NCBI GenBank assembly: GCA_965218095.1
Contig: OZ244587.1
Span: 3,136,001 to 3,200,000 of the forward strand
DNA from: Candidatus Poribacteria bacterium
Lineage (GTDB): Bacteria > Poribacteria > WGA-4E > PCPOR2b
Direction of reading: 5' to 3'
DNA: 64,000 nt
The notes below the pieces were generated by a model. It saw nothing but the letters and a program-made list of their open reading frames with translations. It had not been told where the DNA came from and did not search any database. Positions within the stretch are counted from its first letter, which is position 1. Each line of letters opens with the position of its first letter. Both the position numbers and the translations under genes were made by a program. Shown one piece after another: positions 28,228-38,918 of the stretch.

Positions 28228-28273
28228 TATGCCGTCCCAACACAATGTTAATTTGATTTGAGAGGAAACATAG

Positions 28274-29386
28274 ATGCTTAGAAACTTATTCAAACGAGAA
28301 AAAGACCCAACGGAAGAACAACAAGACCCCCAAGCGGAACAACAAGAAATCTCTCAATCTGAAGCAGTCCAAATGCCCGCCGAACAGCCTGTAACTGAAT
28401 CACCACCTGAGTCCGAACCATCCGACGACGCCCTAAAAGAGAAGCGTAGCTGGTTCAATCGCCTCAAAGCCGGATTGGCGAAAACGCGAAATAACATCGT
28501 CGGTCAGATTTCTGAGGTGCTACGTATCGGAAAAACGATTGACGAAGAGCTAATGGAGGAAATCGAGGAAATCTTGATCCAGGCCGATGTCGGCGTCAAC
28601 ACCACGCTGAAATTGATGGACAATGTGCGTGAGGTTGTCACGGAGAAGGGATTGAAAGATTCGTCTGAATTGGCAGAGGTTCTCAAGCAGGAGATGATCA
28701 ATGTCCTTGGGGAGGTGGACGAACACATCAACGTCAATGGGCATCAACCGTATACGATTCTGGTGCTTGGCATCAACGGCGCTGGTAAAACGACGACCAT
28801 CGGCAAACTCGCACATCGCTTCAAATCCGAGGAGAAGCAGGTGCTGGTTGCCGCAGGAGACACCTTTCGCGCAGCAGCCGTGGATCAACTGGCAATCTGG
28901 TGCGATCGTGCCGGCGTAGAATTGATCCGAGGTGGGGAAAGATCTGATCCGGCGTCGGTCGTCTTCGATGCCATTGAGGCGGCAAAGTCCCGTCAAGTCG
29001 ACCTGCTTATCGTTGACACCGCCGGCAGACTCCACACGAAAAAGCCGCTGATGGATGAGTTATCGAAGATTGGGCGGGTTATGGGACGCGCACTTGCGGG
29101 CTCGCCGCATGAAGTGCTGCTTGTGCTTGATGGAACGGTAGGCCAGAACGCAATTATGCAGGCGAAGTTCTTCAACGAAGCCGTTCCCGTTACCGGCGTC
29201 ACTGTGACGAAGCTAGATGGTACGGCGAAAGGTGGGATTGTCATTGCTGTGAAAGCCGAGATTGGCGCCCCTGTCAAATTGATTGGGATTGGTGAAAAAC
29301 TGGATGATCTCCGCGATTTTGTCGGGCGCGATTTTGTCGAGGCGTTGTTTGAACGCGAGGAGGAACAAGAGGAAATGAGTTCATGA
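28274..29386 (+). CDS. ftsY: Signal recognition particle receptor
   Basis: Acidic N-terminus, GINGAGKTTT, DTFRAAA, DTAGR, TKLDGTAKGG. Confidence 0.97.
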   Translation: MLRNLFKREKDPTEEQQDPQAEQQEISQSEAVQMPAEQPVTESPPESEPSDDALKEKRSWFNRLKAGLAKTRNNIVGQISEVLRIGKTIDEELMEEIEEILIQADVGVNTTLKLMDNVREVVTEKGLKDSSELAEVLKQEMINVLGEVDEHINVNGHQPYTILVLGINGAGKTTTIGKLAHRFKSEEKQVLVAAGDTFRAAAVDQLAIWCDRAGVELIRGGERSDPASVVFDAIEAAKSRQVDLLIVDTAGRLHTKKPLMDELSKIGRVMGRALAGSPHEVLLVLDGTVGQNAIMQAKFFNEAVPVTGVTVTKLDGTAKGGIVIAVKAEIGAPVKLIGIGEKLDDLRDFVGRDFVEALFEREEEQEEMSS

Positions 29387-29461
29387 ATCTTATGGGTAAC
29401 GTTTCAAGTCATTGATAGAACCGGAGGTTTTGCAGGATGGCGCAAAACGCATTACGTCTTA

Positions 29462-29804
29462 CTAAAATTTGGACAATTCTTGATAAAACGGAATCTTGTT
29501 GGGACGAGATTGTACCGCCGAATCTAAAGTGTCTAAAATGTTCTAAAGTTGAAAAACAAGATGCACTTTCTCCCTATCTTCTCTGGTCTGAATCACCGAT
29601 TTTTAGCGGAAGGTTCAATCGTTTCTGAATCCGCGTCGTGTGTTTCATCCGTGATTCAGACAACAATTATGTCCCCCCCTCATTTATTTTCGGGGATAAA
29701 TCAGAGTGTGGGAAAGGGAGATTTAATCTTCTTCTCACTTCCACACCTTCCCCCTTGTGCGTTGACTCACTTTAGACATTTTAGTACACTTGTCCAAACT
29801 TTAG
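29462..29804. mobile_element. 343-bp MITE with 9-bp target-site duplication
   Basis: IR CTAAAATTTGGACAA / TTGTCCAAACTTTAG (1 mismatch); TACGTCTTA at 29453-29461 and 29805-29813. Confidence 0.85.
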
Positions 29805-29815
29805 TACGTCTTAGT

Positions 29816-30757
29816 TCAGTCTCCTAAACTCTCATCAATAGTCCCGAATATCTTGCGTAATCGCCGCATATCCGTGTCGGGCAATGGTTCTCCTAAGATC
29901 GCATTGACGTTGGACCTGAAGTGATCTATGTTTGCCGTGCCGGTGAGGATGGTTGAAACCGCGGGGTGTGCAGCAACAAATTTGTAAGCCGCCGCCGGCA
30001 TCGATTCGACGTGGTCACGCACCAGCCAACCGAGTGGATCTTCATCCGGCAAAGCGTCAGCGGGAATAACCCGCCGTGACTTGAGATTGGCGATCACCTG
30101 GCGCAGATGTTCGAGGTCGCTCAACGCCTTGCGGACGGCGAACATGATCAGTACACCGATGTTCTTTTCACGACACAGGGGAAACACTGTCCGCTCTGAA
30201 CTCTGATTGAGCAGGTTATAGCCCACCATCACAGTATCGAAGTGACCATCGACTAAAGCACGTTGAACCATTTTGTGTTTGCTGTCCACCGAGAACATCT
30301 CCGACGCACCGATAAAGCGAATTTTGCCCTGCGCTTTCAGTTTCTCAGCCACAGGGAAGAGCTTTTCGATAACCCCTGCGTATTCAGTCGGTCGAACGCC
30401 ATGAAACTGAAAAATGTCAATCGTTTCCACCTGTAAGCGTCGCAGACTCCGCTCGACCTGTTCAACCAATTCCGCCTCGGATATGATCTGCCAATCATGA
30501 TGATAGCTGGCTTTCGTTGCAATATAAAACCGGTCGCGGGGCACACCGCGAAGCGCCCTACCTAAGATTGCTTCGCTTTCGCCATATCCCGCTGCCGTAT
30601 CGATCAGATTCACACCGTAATCCAGTTCTGTTCGGATTAAACGCTGAATTTCCGGCTCTGGTACGCCAGTACTTTGTCCAAGAAGACTATGCCCCCCTGA
30701 ACCAAGGCCGACAAGGGAAACCTTTACATTTGTCCGTCCAAGTACACGGTATTTCAT
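29816..30757 (-). CDS. Aldo/keto reductase
   Basis: MKYRVLGRT, IDTAAGYGESE, IATK, SLRRLQVETIDIFQFH. Confidence 0.92.
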   Translation of the reverse strand: MKYRVLGRTNVKVSLVGLGSGGHSLLGQSTGVPEPEIQRLIRTELDYGVNLIDTAAGYGESEAILGRALRGVPRDRFYIATKASYHHDWQIISEAELVEQVERSLRRLQVETIDIFQFHGVRPTEYAGVIEKLFPVAEKLKAQGKIRFIGASEMFSVDSKHKMVQRALVDGHFDTVMVGYNLLNQSSERTVFPLCREKNIGVLIMFAVRKALSDLEHLRQVIANLKSRRVIPADALPDEDPLGWLVRDHVESMPAAAYKFVAAHPAVSTILTGTANIDHFRSNVNAILGEPLPDTDMRRLRKIFGTIDESLGD

Positions 30758-31024
30758 GAAAGCAAGTTCCTCCTAAATTGTCGGCGAATCTTTGGGGCTA
30801 TAAGTTACACTTTTGGAAAGAGTAACCGAAAGACCAATTTTTCCGCTTTGCGATTTCCAAATCGTAGTGCTTGAGCAACCCTTGCATAAAGTCGATCCGA
30901 CTGTTAAATTCCTGGGCATCAGTCTATCAAACATCTCCTTGGTTACGTCATTTGTAGCGCGGAAAACTTGAATCTTTAGCTTTCGGTAGGCGTCATCACT
31001 TAACATGTTTTCCATCGCTCCTCA

Positions 31025-32584
31025 TCACGCATACTCAAGCTTCAACCCCATCGCGGCAATCGTCACGATACTGTCAGGGAGGGCGACGTCGTTCCGGGCC
31101 GCCAGTTCCACGAAGTTTCGGGCCGTCCGCAGCAGTGGCACCCGCACGTCGTACTCAAGCTGGCAATCCGTTTGACCGTCCGGGGTGAGGGTGAATTGAC
31201 CGTCGGTCAGTTCCTCACCGTTTAACCGAATTAGCAACGCATCCTTCCAGGAGGCCTCGTCGAACTCAACAGTCAAGGTCGCCTGCGTCGGCGGATGCGA
31301 TGCCACGTCGTCGCCGACTATCAGTGGTAGGCGACCAATCACGCCGGTGCGCAGAATACTGTGCTTCAATTCGAGCGGCAGGGGGCGCGGCCCGGATAGG
31401 TGCGCGTAGTACGGCAGGATGCTGCCTATGGCACTATCAATACCGAACAGTTTATCTTTGCCGACCGGCATATTCGCATCCCCTACTTCGTACACACAGG
31501 CGTAGCAGCGGCGGCGCGTTTCGACCAACTCATCGCCGGTCATGAACTCGAAGGGCGTCCCAAGGTTCCAGAAGTACAGCCCGTCAGCGCCGGCGCGATA
31601 CCAGTTCGACGCCAGTCCACGCACCACCGGCAGCGACTCCTTGCCCTGGTTCACACACGGGTAGACGGGCACACCGTGCGGCCGTGCCGCTTCAACCCAC
31701 GTCTCGACCGGCAAGGACCACGGCGCATACCCGCCCCCGGCGATGAGGATGTCGATCAGATCTCCTTCGAGCCACGCTGCCACGTCCATACCGTTGTTGA
31801 GGCAGGTGGTGAACCTGTCCGGCACACGCACGGCGATGAGCACTGGTCGTCCACGGCGCTCGGCTGCGGCGTCCGTTAGACCGCGAATCTCCCTCATCAT
31901 TGACGTAATGACGGCGATCTCTTCCGCCGTGCACGGCTCACCGCGCATCCGCCGACTGAACAGCACGGGATGGCGGATGTAGTCCAACTCGAATCCATCC
32001 ACGTCATAGCGCTGGCAGATTTCCTCAATGATTTCCAACTTGCGCTGGCGCACTGCTTCGTGCGAGAAGTCCTGCGCTGTCGTGTACAATTCAAACTCCG
32101 GCAGCGTCCCGCGGGTGTTGACCATGAACTCCGGGTGCGTGCGCTTCCAGACGGTCATAGCGTTGGCGTCCATGAAACTGTCATGTACGTCGTTCATGCG
32201 CACCGACGCGAACGCCTCCATGCCGTGTTCGTGCGCGAAGCCGCAGACCAGGTGCAGCGGGCAGCGATACTCCCGCACCAGCGTCTTGACGTTTCCCGTT
32301 ACCCTGTGCCAGTATTTGACCGGCGCACCTTGGGCGTCACCGTAGATCGGCTGCACCCTGCTGTCGTAGGCCGGGGCGTCAAACTGCCCGCACAGTACCG
32401 ACCAGGAGATGGTGCCGACTTGTGTTTCGGCAAGCGGCGCGATCCGATGGGCAAGGAAGCCCTCGGGCGTGTTTGCGTCCTCTAGCGCTAGTTCGTGTGT
32501 GTCATCGTTGAAGATGATGCGCCGGGGGCGTTGTGTGGCCTCGACCCGGGCGCGTTTGGCACCGGACCAGTCAGTCTTCGACAT
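31025..32584 (-). CDS. Glycoside hydrolase-like TIM barrel (GHL10-like)
   Basis: RRIIFNDD, FASVRMNDVH, YDVDGFELDYIR, GADGLYFWN. Confidence 0.75.
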   Translation of the reverse strand: MSKTDWSGAKRARVEATQRPRRIIFNDDTHELALEDANTPEGFLAHRIAPLAETQVGTISWSVLCGQFDAPAYDSRVQPIYGDAQGAPVKYWHRVTGNVKTLVREYRCPLHLVCGFAHEHGMEAFASVRMNDVHDSFMDANAMTVWKRTHPEFMVNTRGTLPEFELYTTAQDFSHEAVRQRKLEIIEEICQRYDVDGFELDYIRHPVLFSRRMRGEPCTAEEIAVITSMMREIRGLTDAAAERRGRPVLIAVRVPDRFTTCLNNGMDVAAWLEGDLIDILIAGGGYAPWSLPVETWVEAARPHGVPVYPCVNQGKESLPVVRGLASNWYRAGADGLYFWNLGTPFEFMTGDELVETRRRCYACVYEVGDANMPVGKDKLFGIDSAIGSILPYYAHLSGPRPLPLELKHSILRTGVIGRLPLIVGDDVASHPPTQATLTVEFDEASWKDALLIRLNGEELTDGQFTLTPDGQTDCQLEYDVRVPLLRTARNFVELAARNDVALPDSIVTIAAMGLKLEYA

Positions 32585-32741
32585 ATTTCTCTCCTAGATT
32601 ATTGGACATGTTTGTGAATCAACGAAAGATGTGTGACAAGGTCAAGGACGAGAACCGGCGGTGTATTGGGTGATGTTGCCATCGGTCCTACCTTTTCTAA
32701 CGGTTTGGCCTTTCGGACTGCTAATTCCGTAACACCCTGAT

Positions 32742-33866
32742 CTAAACCAGTCGCCAGCGAATGATGACGAAGTCGGTGGCGCCAACGCAGTTGTCCCAGG
32801 AGCTCACGTCGCCGTAACACGAGCCGGTCAGGGTAAGCATCTCTTCCCCGTCCAGACAAATCGTCGCTGCGTAGCCGGCCGCATTGCCGTGGCTGAGATA
32901 GTACACCTCGTCCCGCCACGTCTCGCCGCCATCGTAGCTGACTACTGCCCTGCCGCTACTCATCTCGCGGGGGTACCGGTGGTCAGTGACGACCACCGCT
33001 CGGTTGTTCGAGAGGCCGACGCCGTATCCGTAGCACTGACCCAACACCGTGGCCAGTTGCCGCGGCGAGGTCCACGTAACGCCCGCGTCGTCCGAATGGG
33101 CCACGAACACATGCTTGTACGGAAATGTGTGCCCGGCCAGGTGGGACCCGGTCCGCTCCAAAAGATCCGGAGGGTCGTCTGGCAGGCTCGGGCGCTGATA
33201 ACGAATCGCCGCCAGCAGTCGGCCCGCGGGCAGTTGGGTCACATTCACTTCACAGCACCATTCGCCAAGCGCCGAGTATTCGGGCCACGTACGCCCACCG
33301 TCCCGTGAACGGTAGATGCGACATACGGCAGGCGCCACTTCAGCCGCTTTTCGATTGCCAATCCGGTCCGCCCCCACCAGCACCGGTACGAGAAGCGTGC
33401 CGTCGTCCAGACGGGTCATGCTGAAGCCCAACGACAGCACATCCGGCGTGCCGATGTCAATCTGCCCGATCTGCTGCCACGTCCTGCCTACATCGTGCGA
33501 CGCCCACACGGTCGGCGGTGCATCGGGGGCCGGGTGACAGACGTTCAACATCGCGCCATCGTCGTCGAACTGCAATCGCCAACCGCCGCATACATCGGGG
33601 TCGCGCTCTAGGCACTCCCACGTTTTGCCGCTGTCGGTCGACTTGTGCAGCAGTGTGTGCTGTGCGGCATAGATCGTGCCATTGAGTGCCTGCACAAGGC
33701 ATAATCGTTGCGTGTGTCCCCGCGGATCGCGCGGCAGCCTGGTTTTCTCCACGGACACCTGCTCCAGCTTTTCGTCACAGACGTGCAGGATGTAGTCGCT
33801 CGCCTGCATTGCCCTCAGTTCAGATGGCTGAACTGACACTCCGCCCATGTTGTGTGTTAAGAGCAT
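32742..33866 (-). CDS. BNR/Asp-box sialidase-like protein
   Basis: STDSGKTW, SHDVGRTW, SRDGGRTW, SDDAGVTW, SYDGGETW. Confidence 0.85.
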   Translation of the reverse strand: MLLTHNMGGVSVQPSELRAMQASDYILHVCDEKLEQVSVEKTRLPRDPRGHTQRLCLVQALNGTIYAAQHTLLHKSTDSGKTWECLERDPDVCGGWRLQFDDDGAMLNVCHPAPDAPPTVWASHDVGRTWQQIGQIDIGTPDVLSLGFSMTRLDDGTLLVPVLVGADRIGNRKAAEVAPAVCRIYRSRDGGRTWPEYSALGEWCCEVNVTQLPAGRLLAAIRYQRPSLPDDPPDLLERTGSHLAGHTFPYKHVFVAHSDDAGVTWTSPRQLATVLGQCYGYGVGLSNNRAVVVTDHRYPREMSSGRAVVSYDGGETWRDEVYYLSHGNAAGYAATICLDGEEMLTLTGSCYGDVSSWDNCVGATDFVIIRWRLV

Positions 33867-34169
33867 TGCGCCTCCTTCTGCTATTTGCTATTTACATTGC
33901 TTTCACGGAAACCTCCATGAGGTTCTCATCGCAGGTGTCGTAGAGAAAGAGATTGGTTCTCCATTCGAGCAATTCGATACCGCACGGCGCGGCTTTGCTT
34001 TACAACTTTTCGCTTTCTGGCAAACAATCTCGTAGCCACATGTTTCTGGGAATCTGTACAGCCAACACACATGTAAGAAACGACTTCCCTTCGGTATTCC
34101 AATATGATATGTTGAGGATATTGACTACAAGAGAGACACAACCCTTGCTCCGCCATCGAAACTGAAATA

Positions 34170-34218
34170 TTCGATTCTCTTCCCAGAATGCCCAATCCCG
34201 CTCATTCAACACAGACAT
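34170..34218 (-). pseudogene. Phytanoyl-CoA dioxygenase-like N-terminal stub
   Basis: MSVLNERDWAFWEEN resembles the start of PhyH-family proteins; the sequence then becomes unrelated. Confidence 0.4.
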
Positions 34219-34227
34219 GATTTTTTC

Positions 34228-36348
34228 TCATTCATCGACAGCGTGAAAAACTCCGACGCATCCCGGGGGGACTTCCACCTTAAAAACTCCGCCGCTCACT
34301 TCGACCGCCTTGTTGTGGATGAGATCCGTCACTTCCTCGATCGCCCAGTCCACCTCCACCGTCGCCCGTCCCATTTCCCCCGCCACGTTCAGCAAAAAGA
34401 TCAGCGAACCCCCTACCTGTGAAAACCGCCGGAACGCCACCAGTCGATCTCCCTCAATAGAAAAAGGCGATCGCATCCCCAGCGCCTCAAGTTGCGGCAG
34501 CAGCAACTCGGGCGGGGCCACCCCACCGAAGCCCGCTGCCAGGGACAGCCCCCACCACATCAGCCGCTTCCCCGGCAGTTCGACCCCGACCACCTCGCCA
34601 TTGAGTGTCGCCATGGCCCGTGCGTCGCCCCGCGGCTCCAGGATGATGTAGTTGCACGGGTAGGTGAGGGGGAAAGGACCGTACTTGGTCTGCAGGACAT
34701 TCTCACCTACGTCGATTTGTTCCTGGGTAATCTTGTCAAAGTCCACTACCCGCACGGTCACCAGATCCGCCAGCCCTTCGGGCGGGTGGAAGCTCCAGTG
34801 GCCCTTGCCCGCAAAGGAGCCGAAGTGGCCCTCCACGAGCAACGATGGTCCCGCCTCGTCCTCCAGGATCTGGCGAATGCGCTCAATCGCTACCTCGTCC
34901 AAGACTGCGAAGTTGGGCAGGTACACCACCCGGTACTGCGACCAGTCCATGACGGGCGTGACCATAGTGCGCGGCACACTGTGCGCCCACAAGGTCTGGT
35001 GCACCCCCTGGAAATCCGCCTTGAACTGCTCGTCCCACTCTCCCATCCAGTAGATCTCGTTGCTGGGCCCGCTGTACCCCAGAGCCAGTTCGGCCGGCGG
35101 GATCTGGAACGGCAAATGTTCCGCAATGCCATTAATCTGCGCGATGGCCTGTTCGATGGCTTTCCAGCGGCCGGTGGGCTCGCCGTCCAGGGAAACCAGG
35201 CTGAGCCCGGGCGCCTCAAAGGTCATGTACTCGGGCCGGTACTCCCAGTAGAGCGCACCGGCCGCACCTTCGATCAGAGCCAACCACAAATAGATCGTGG
35301 ACTCTTCCGGGGTGGTCTGCCTTTCCCGCTGCGACAATCCGCCCACGAAGTTGGAGTAGATCTCCTCGTCCCACCAGCGCCCGTTGCGCCCCACGGCGCG
35401 CGACCACTGGAAGCCGATGCACTCGTTGGCCATTTTGTAGGGGTCGTCGCTGGTGAGCCGGTCGGCCGAGTGGTGCGACAGCCCCCAGCTATCGATTCGC
35501 GCACTGCAGATCTCGTCGCATGCCCGCGGGAACGGGCCGCCGTGTGAGCGTTGCTCGTGGGCGCCGTCCAGTTGATCGATCAGGTCGGCGAGCCAGCCTA
35601 AGTGGTCGGCCATGTTCCAGTGGTGAAACTGCCGGTAGAGCAGCATCTCCACCTGGGCGGCTTTGTGGCGCGGTGCGTCCACGTCCTTCCACGATCTGTA
35701 GCGCCGCAGCAGATGCTCGTTGAGTTCGTCCAGGGTGAAGCGCTGTTTCAGCCAGGTCCTGTACTTTTCAATGGTGTAATCGTTGTAGGGCGGGTATCCG
35801 TCCCCACCTGACCAGGCCCCGGCGAAACTGATTCCGTCCCAGGTGCCCCATATCCCCAAACCCGAGTGGCCCTTGTAGCGCGGCACGATCTCGCGAATAA
35901 AGCGCTCCACGTACTCGCGCCACTTGGGGTGGTCGAAGTTGTGGATCATCGACCCCTGTGGCGCCCAAACGCCGGCCGTAGGATGCTGGATGCTGCCGTC
36001 CGGCCATTCGACCCGCATGTCTGGGTGCTCCTCTATCATCCACTCCGGACACGACATGTGGGTGCCCACCGGGGTATCCAGCCAGACCTTCAAATCGTGC
36101 TTGGCCGCTAGGTCGAGCATCAGGTCGAGGTCATCGAACTCGAATTGTTCAGGCACAGGCTCGGCCCAGTGCCACAGGTAGAAAGTGCGCACGATCTGCA
36201 TCCCGGCGGCGCTGATGCGCGCAAAATCCTCGTCCCAGAACTCGGGCGGCGGCACCGGGGGCCGGTAGTAGGCTACCCCCACCTGGAAGGGGCGTGCTGG
36301 GTCCACGGGAAATTCCTTGGGGTGGCTGCTGAGTTTTGTTTCACTCAT
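34228..36348 (-). CDS. Beta-galactosidase-like glycoside hydrolase (GH42-like)
   Basis: GVAYY, WDEDFARISAAG, WHWAEPVPEQFEFDDLD, trimerisation-like C-terminal domain. Confidence 0.8.
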   Translation of the reverse strand: MSETKLSSHPKEFPVDPARPFQVGVAYYRPPVPPPEFWDEDFARISAAGMQIVRTFYLWHWAEPVPEQFEFDDLDLMLDLAAKHDLKVWLDTPVGTHMSCPEWMIEEHPDMRVEWPDGSIQHPTAGVWAPQGSMIHNFDHPKWREYVERFIREIVPRYKGHSGLGIWGTWDGISFAGAWSGGDGYPPYNDYTIEKYRTWLKQRFTLDELNEHLLRRYRSWKDVDAPRHKAAQVEMLLYRQFHHWNMADHLGWLADLIDQLDGAHEQRSHGGPFPRACDEICSARIDSWGLSHHSADRLTSDDPYKMANECIGFQWSRAVGRNGRWWDEEIYSNFVGGLSQRERQTTPEESTIYLWLALIEGAAGALYWEYRPEYMTFEAPGLSLVSLDGEPTGRWKAIEQAIAQINGIAEHLPFQIPPAELALGYSGPSNEIYWMGEWDEQFKADFQGVHQTLWAHSVPRTMVTPVMDWSQYRVVYLPNFAVLDEVAIERIRQILEDEAGPSLLVEGHFGSFAGKGHWSFHPPEGLADLVTVRVVDFDKITQEQIDVGENVLQTKYGPFPLTYPCNYIILEPRGDARAMATLNGEVVGVELPGKRLMWWGLSLAAGFGGVAPPELLLPQLEALGMRSPFSIEGDRLVAFRRFSQVGGSLIFLLNVAGEMGRATVEVDWAIEEVTDLIHNKAVEVSGGVFKVEVPPGCVGVFHAVDE

Positions 36349-36690
36349 CGTGATAGTTACCTTGGGAAGATAGGGTAAAAATGCACTTAGTGGCCTGCTA
36401 TCGTTTGATAGGTCACCATTTCCTCCATGAACCAGATGTATTCTGTCACACCCAACCCCATCATCGGGCGCCGATAGATGTATCTGCTTTGTCCCGCTCG
36501 AATCCGCTCAATGATCCCAACAGATGATGTCGATTTTGACTCTATCATATCAGAAAATGTCTCGTCTGTCAAACTAAAGCAGGCCACTAAGCATTTTATC
36601 TACTGTTTTTACCTTGACTTTGTTAGATTATAAAGAGCTCATCAGCAGGTCCACTGGTGGCTCCGGTCTTCGACCGAAAATCTTCGACTT

Positions 36691-36800
36691 GTCCCCGGCC
36701 CCTGCCCTCCTTAATTCCCCAACTTTGGAGGGAAGGGGAGCATCGCACAAACTCCCCCCAGCCTGTCCCGATTCCTCAGGGAATTGGGGGCCGGGGGGCG
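36691..36800. repeat. GC-rich REP-like palindrome
   Basis: CCCCGGCCCC ... GGGGCCGGGG with internal CCCTCC/GGAGGG arms. Confidence 0.55.
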
Positions 36801-36876
36801 AATGTAATTATCAAAAACCATCATTTTTTCGGATCGACACCATGTCAAATTAAAATATTCAGAAAACGCGCAACCT

Positions 36877-38463
36877 TCAGTGCCACGCCTCTATGCGTAT
36901 CCGTCCAATTCTAGGTGTATTGGCCAGGCTGTTCGCACCCAGAACCAGCCTCAGCCTCCAGCGTTGGCTCGAAAGCGAACCGAGACAGATCTGGTTCGAT
37001 CCATCGTAGAGTTCACGCCAGTCCGAATCTGCATCCGGTTTGCCATCCTCATCGTTATCAAACTCGATCATTACCCTCGCCCGCTTCCCTCCAAAGGTAT
37101 ACTCCTCAACATCGGCTACCGTTGAATCGCTATTCGCATAATACGTAGCAGCGACAAAGGTGTTATCGACACGCCGCTTCAAGTCACCATACCCTGTATC
37201 TGTGCCGGGCTGCATTGGTCCGTGCAGAAGCTCCGGTCCATTCCATGAACTGCCATTGTCATCAGACCAATACACCGCAGGTTTTCGGGTATAACCGCCT
37301 CCGTTGCTGTGCAAACCAAAACCCCAAAGACGGCCTGTACCCTTTGAATAATCCAGCCGATTGCCATGCTGAAAATAGGGATTACTTTCCTTGTAGAGTC
37401 TCGCTCGCTGCCATACACCGTTCGGAACGCCGCCGTTGATTTGACTGCAAATGTCCACAAGTGGACTGAAGGAAGCTCCCATGTCTGTGCTCATGGATTG
37501 CCAGGTGTGTCTGTTGCCGGCGGCGTCCCGCAACACCGCCACAATCGTTCGGTTCCCCACATACTCGATGGCCGGTTCAAATGTCGCGCCTCCGTCCGGC
37601 GCCTTTTCGTCGGCTAACGGACCGATCCAGCTCACGAAACTGTAGTTTTTACAGTTGTCCCTGGACCGCGCCAGCAACGTCCCGGCTTTGCCATTGTAAT
37701 GGAAATATTGAAAGGCCATGTAAATATCTGAGGGATTGTCGGGGTCGATAAAATAATCTTCTGTTCCGATTACGCGGTCGTCCTCGGCGCCTGTCACGCC
37801 TAACACACGAATTCTATCGATGTCCAGATTCCACGTCTTTCCATTGTCAGTCGAACGCAGTTGTTTTGTTCCGGAGGTGGAGCTGGTTCGCCAGAATTGC
37901 AGTATGAGGTCACCGTTGGGTGTTCGGTAAAGCCCTGGCTCGCTGTGGGTATGCCCATCCTCATAAGGCATCCCGGCAATTGGATTCCCATCGAACCATT
38001 GATTTAGGGCGCTCCAGGTCCTGCCTTCGTCATTGGAGGTGATGAGATGTATGGTATCCCGCTTTCCCCAGGAAATGTGATTGAGACCTGACCGCAGTGC
38101 CATGATCCAGCGATGCTCATCAATGACGGCGATCATGCACCTGCCGTACCAATCGTGAGGTGTTTGGCTGGCGTCGGCATAAGGTGTCTCCGAACCTCTG
38201 ATAACGACTTCTATCGTCTTGTTGTCGAACAGGTCAAGCTCGGCCTCGACTATGAGCTTGACCGACCGGATAGGGCCCCTCCAGCTTTGCCAGGTGCTCG
38301 TCCACTGGCCCTCGCCGGCGCCCTGTGGCGCCAGCCCACCCTCTGGATCGATCAAGGCGTCGATCGAGGCTGTTGCCTCTTTCCACTCTGAAGTTGATCC
38401 AATGGTCCAGGTCTCGTCCGCGCAACGCTCATCCACGCAAACGTTGTTATCTAGCTGCTTCAT
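36877..38463 (-). CDS. BNR/Asp-box sialidase-like protein with flanking beta domains
   Basis: SNDEGRTW, STDNGKTW, STDMGASF, SDDNGSSW, DTGYGD; ATG at 38463 after AAAGGAG. Confidence 0.82.
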   Translation of the reverse strand: MKQLDNNVCVDERCADETWTIGSTSEWKEATASIDALIDPEGGLAPQGAGEGQWTSTWQSWRGPIRSVKLIVEAELDLFDNKTIEVVIRGSETPYADASQTPHDWYGRCMIAVIDEHRWIMALRSGLNHISWGKRDTIHLITSNDEGRTWSALNQWFDGNPIAGMPYEDGHTHSEPGLYRTPNGDLILQFWRTSSTSGTKQLRSTDNGKTWNLDIDRIRVLGVTGAEDDRVIGTEDYFIDPDNPSDIYMAFQYFHYNGKAGTLLARSRDNCKNYSFVSWIGPLADEKAPDGGATFEPAIEYVGNRTIVAVLRDAAGNRHTWQSMSTDMGASFSPLVDICSQINGGVPNGVWQRARLYKESNPYFQHGNRLDYSKGTGRLWGFGLHSNGGGYTRKPAVYWSDDNGSSWNGPELLHGPMQPGTDTGYGDLKRRVDNTFVAATYYANSDSTVADVEEYTFGGKRARVMIEFDNDEDGKPDADSDWRELYDGSNQICLGSLSSQRWRLRLVLGANSLANTPRIGRIRIEAWH

Positions 38464-38566
38464 TTCGTTTAATCTCCTTTGAATAGTATGATCTCTACAT
38501 ATGTGAACTATTTTACCCATTTTCCACGCTCCAGTCAACTCAAATGAGGGTTTTTTCATGTTTTCA

Positions 38567-38595
38567 TTGACGGCAACCTTCGAGCATGCTACAAT
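38567..38595 (+). promoter_or_regulatory. sigma70-type promoter
   Basis: TTGACG-17 nt-TACAAT with TG extension. Confidence 0.55.
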
Positions 38596-38635
38596 CGCTC
38601 AACGCTTATAAGCCATGATTCTTTTTGTTGAGACA

Positions 38636-38775
38636 GTAACTGTTCACCTAGCCTGTGGATATGACAACACATGAAAGGATTTATCGAATTTAGACTCAAA
38701 ATCGTGCGCCGATTCGTTTAATCCTAAGATTCGCTGTTATATGCGGCCGAACGAACATAGTACCTGAACGGTTAC
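38636..38775. mobile_element. MITE-like element with IS66-like GTAA ends
   Basis: GTAACTGTTCA ... TGAACGGTTAC (1 mismatch in 11); no clear TSD. Confidence 0.45.
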
Positions 38776-38918
38776 GTTGGCTCTACGACTGGTTTTGTGT
38801 TTTTGTCCGGCGGCGAAAATGCCAAAAAACGATAACGATAAGTTACCAGGTCCAAGAATCAATGTGATAGTGCAGACAATGGATACGAATTCTAGTATTT
38901 CAAACGTGAGGATCTGTT

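Noticed and set aside
30773-31015. 80-aa ORF between the GH-like gene and the aldo/keto reductase
   Set aside because: It has an RBS but no recognisable family; probably another stub, and a product cannot be supported
34492-35547. 351-aa plus-strand ORF
   Set aside because: Antisense shadow of the GC-rich GH42-like gene with no motifs
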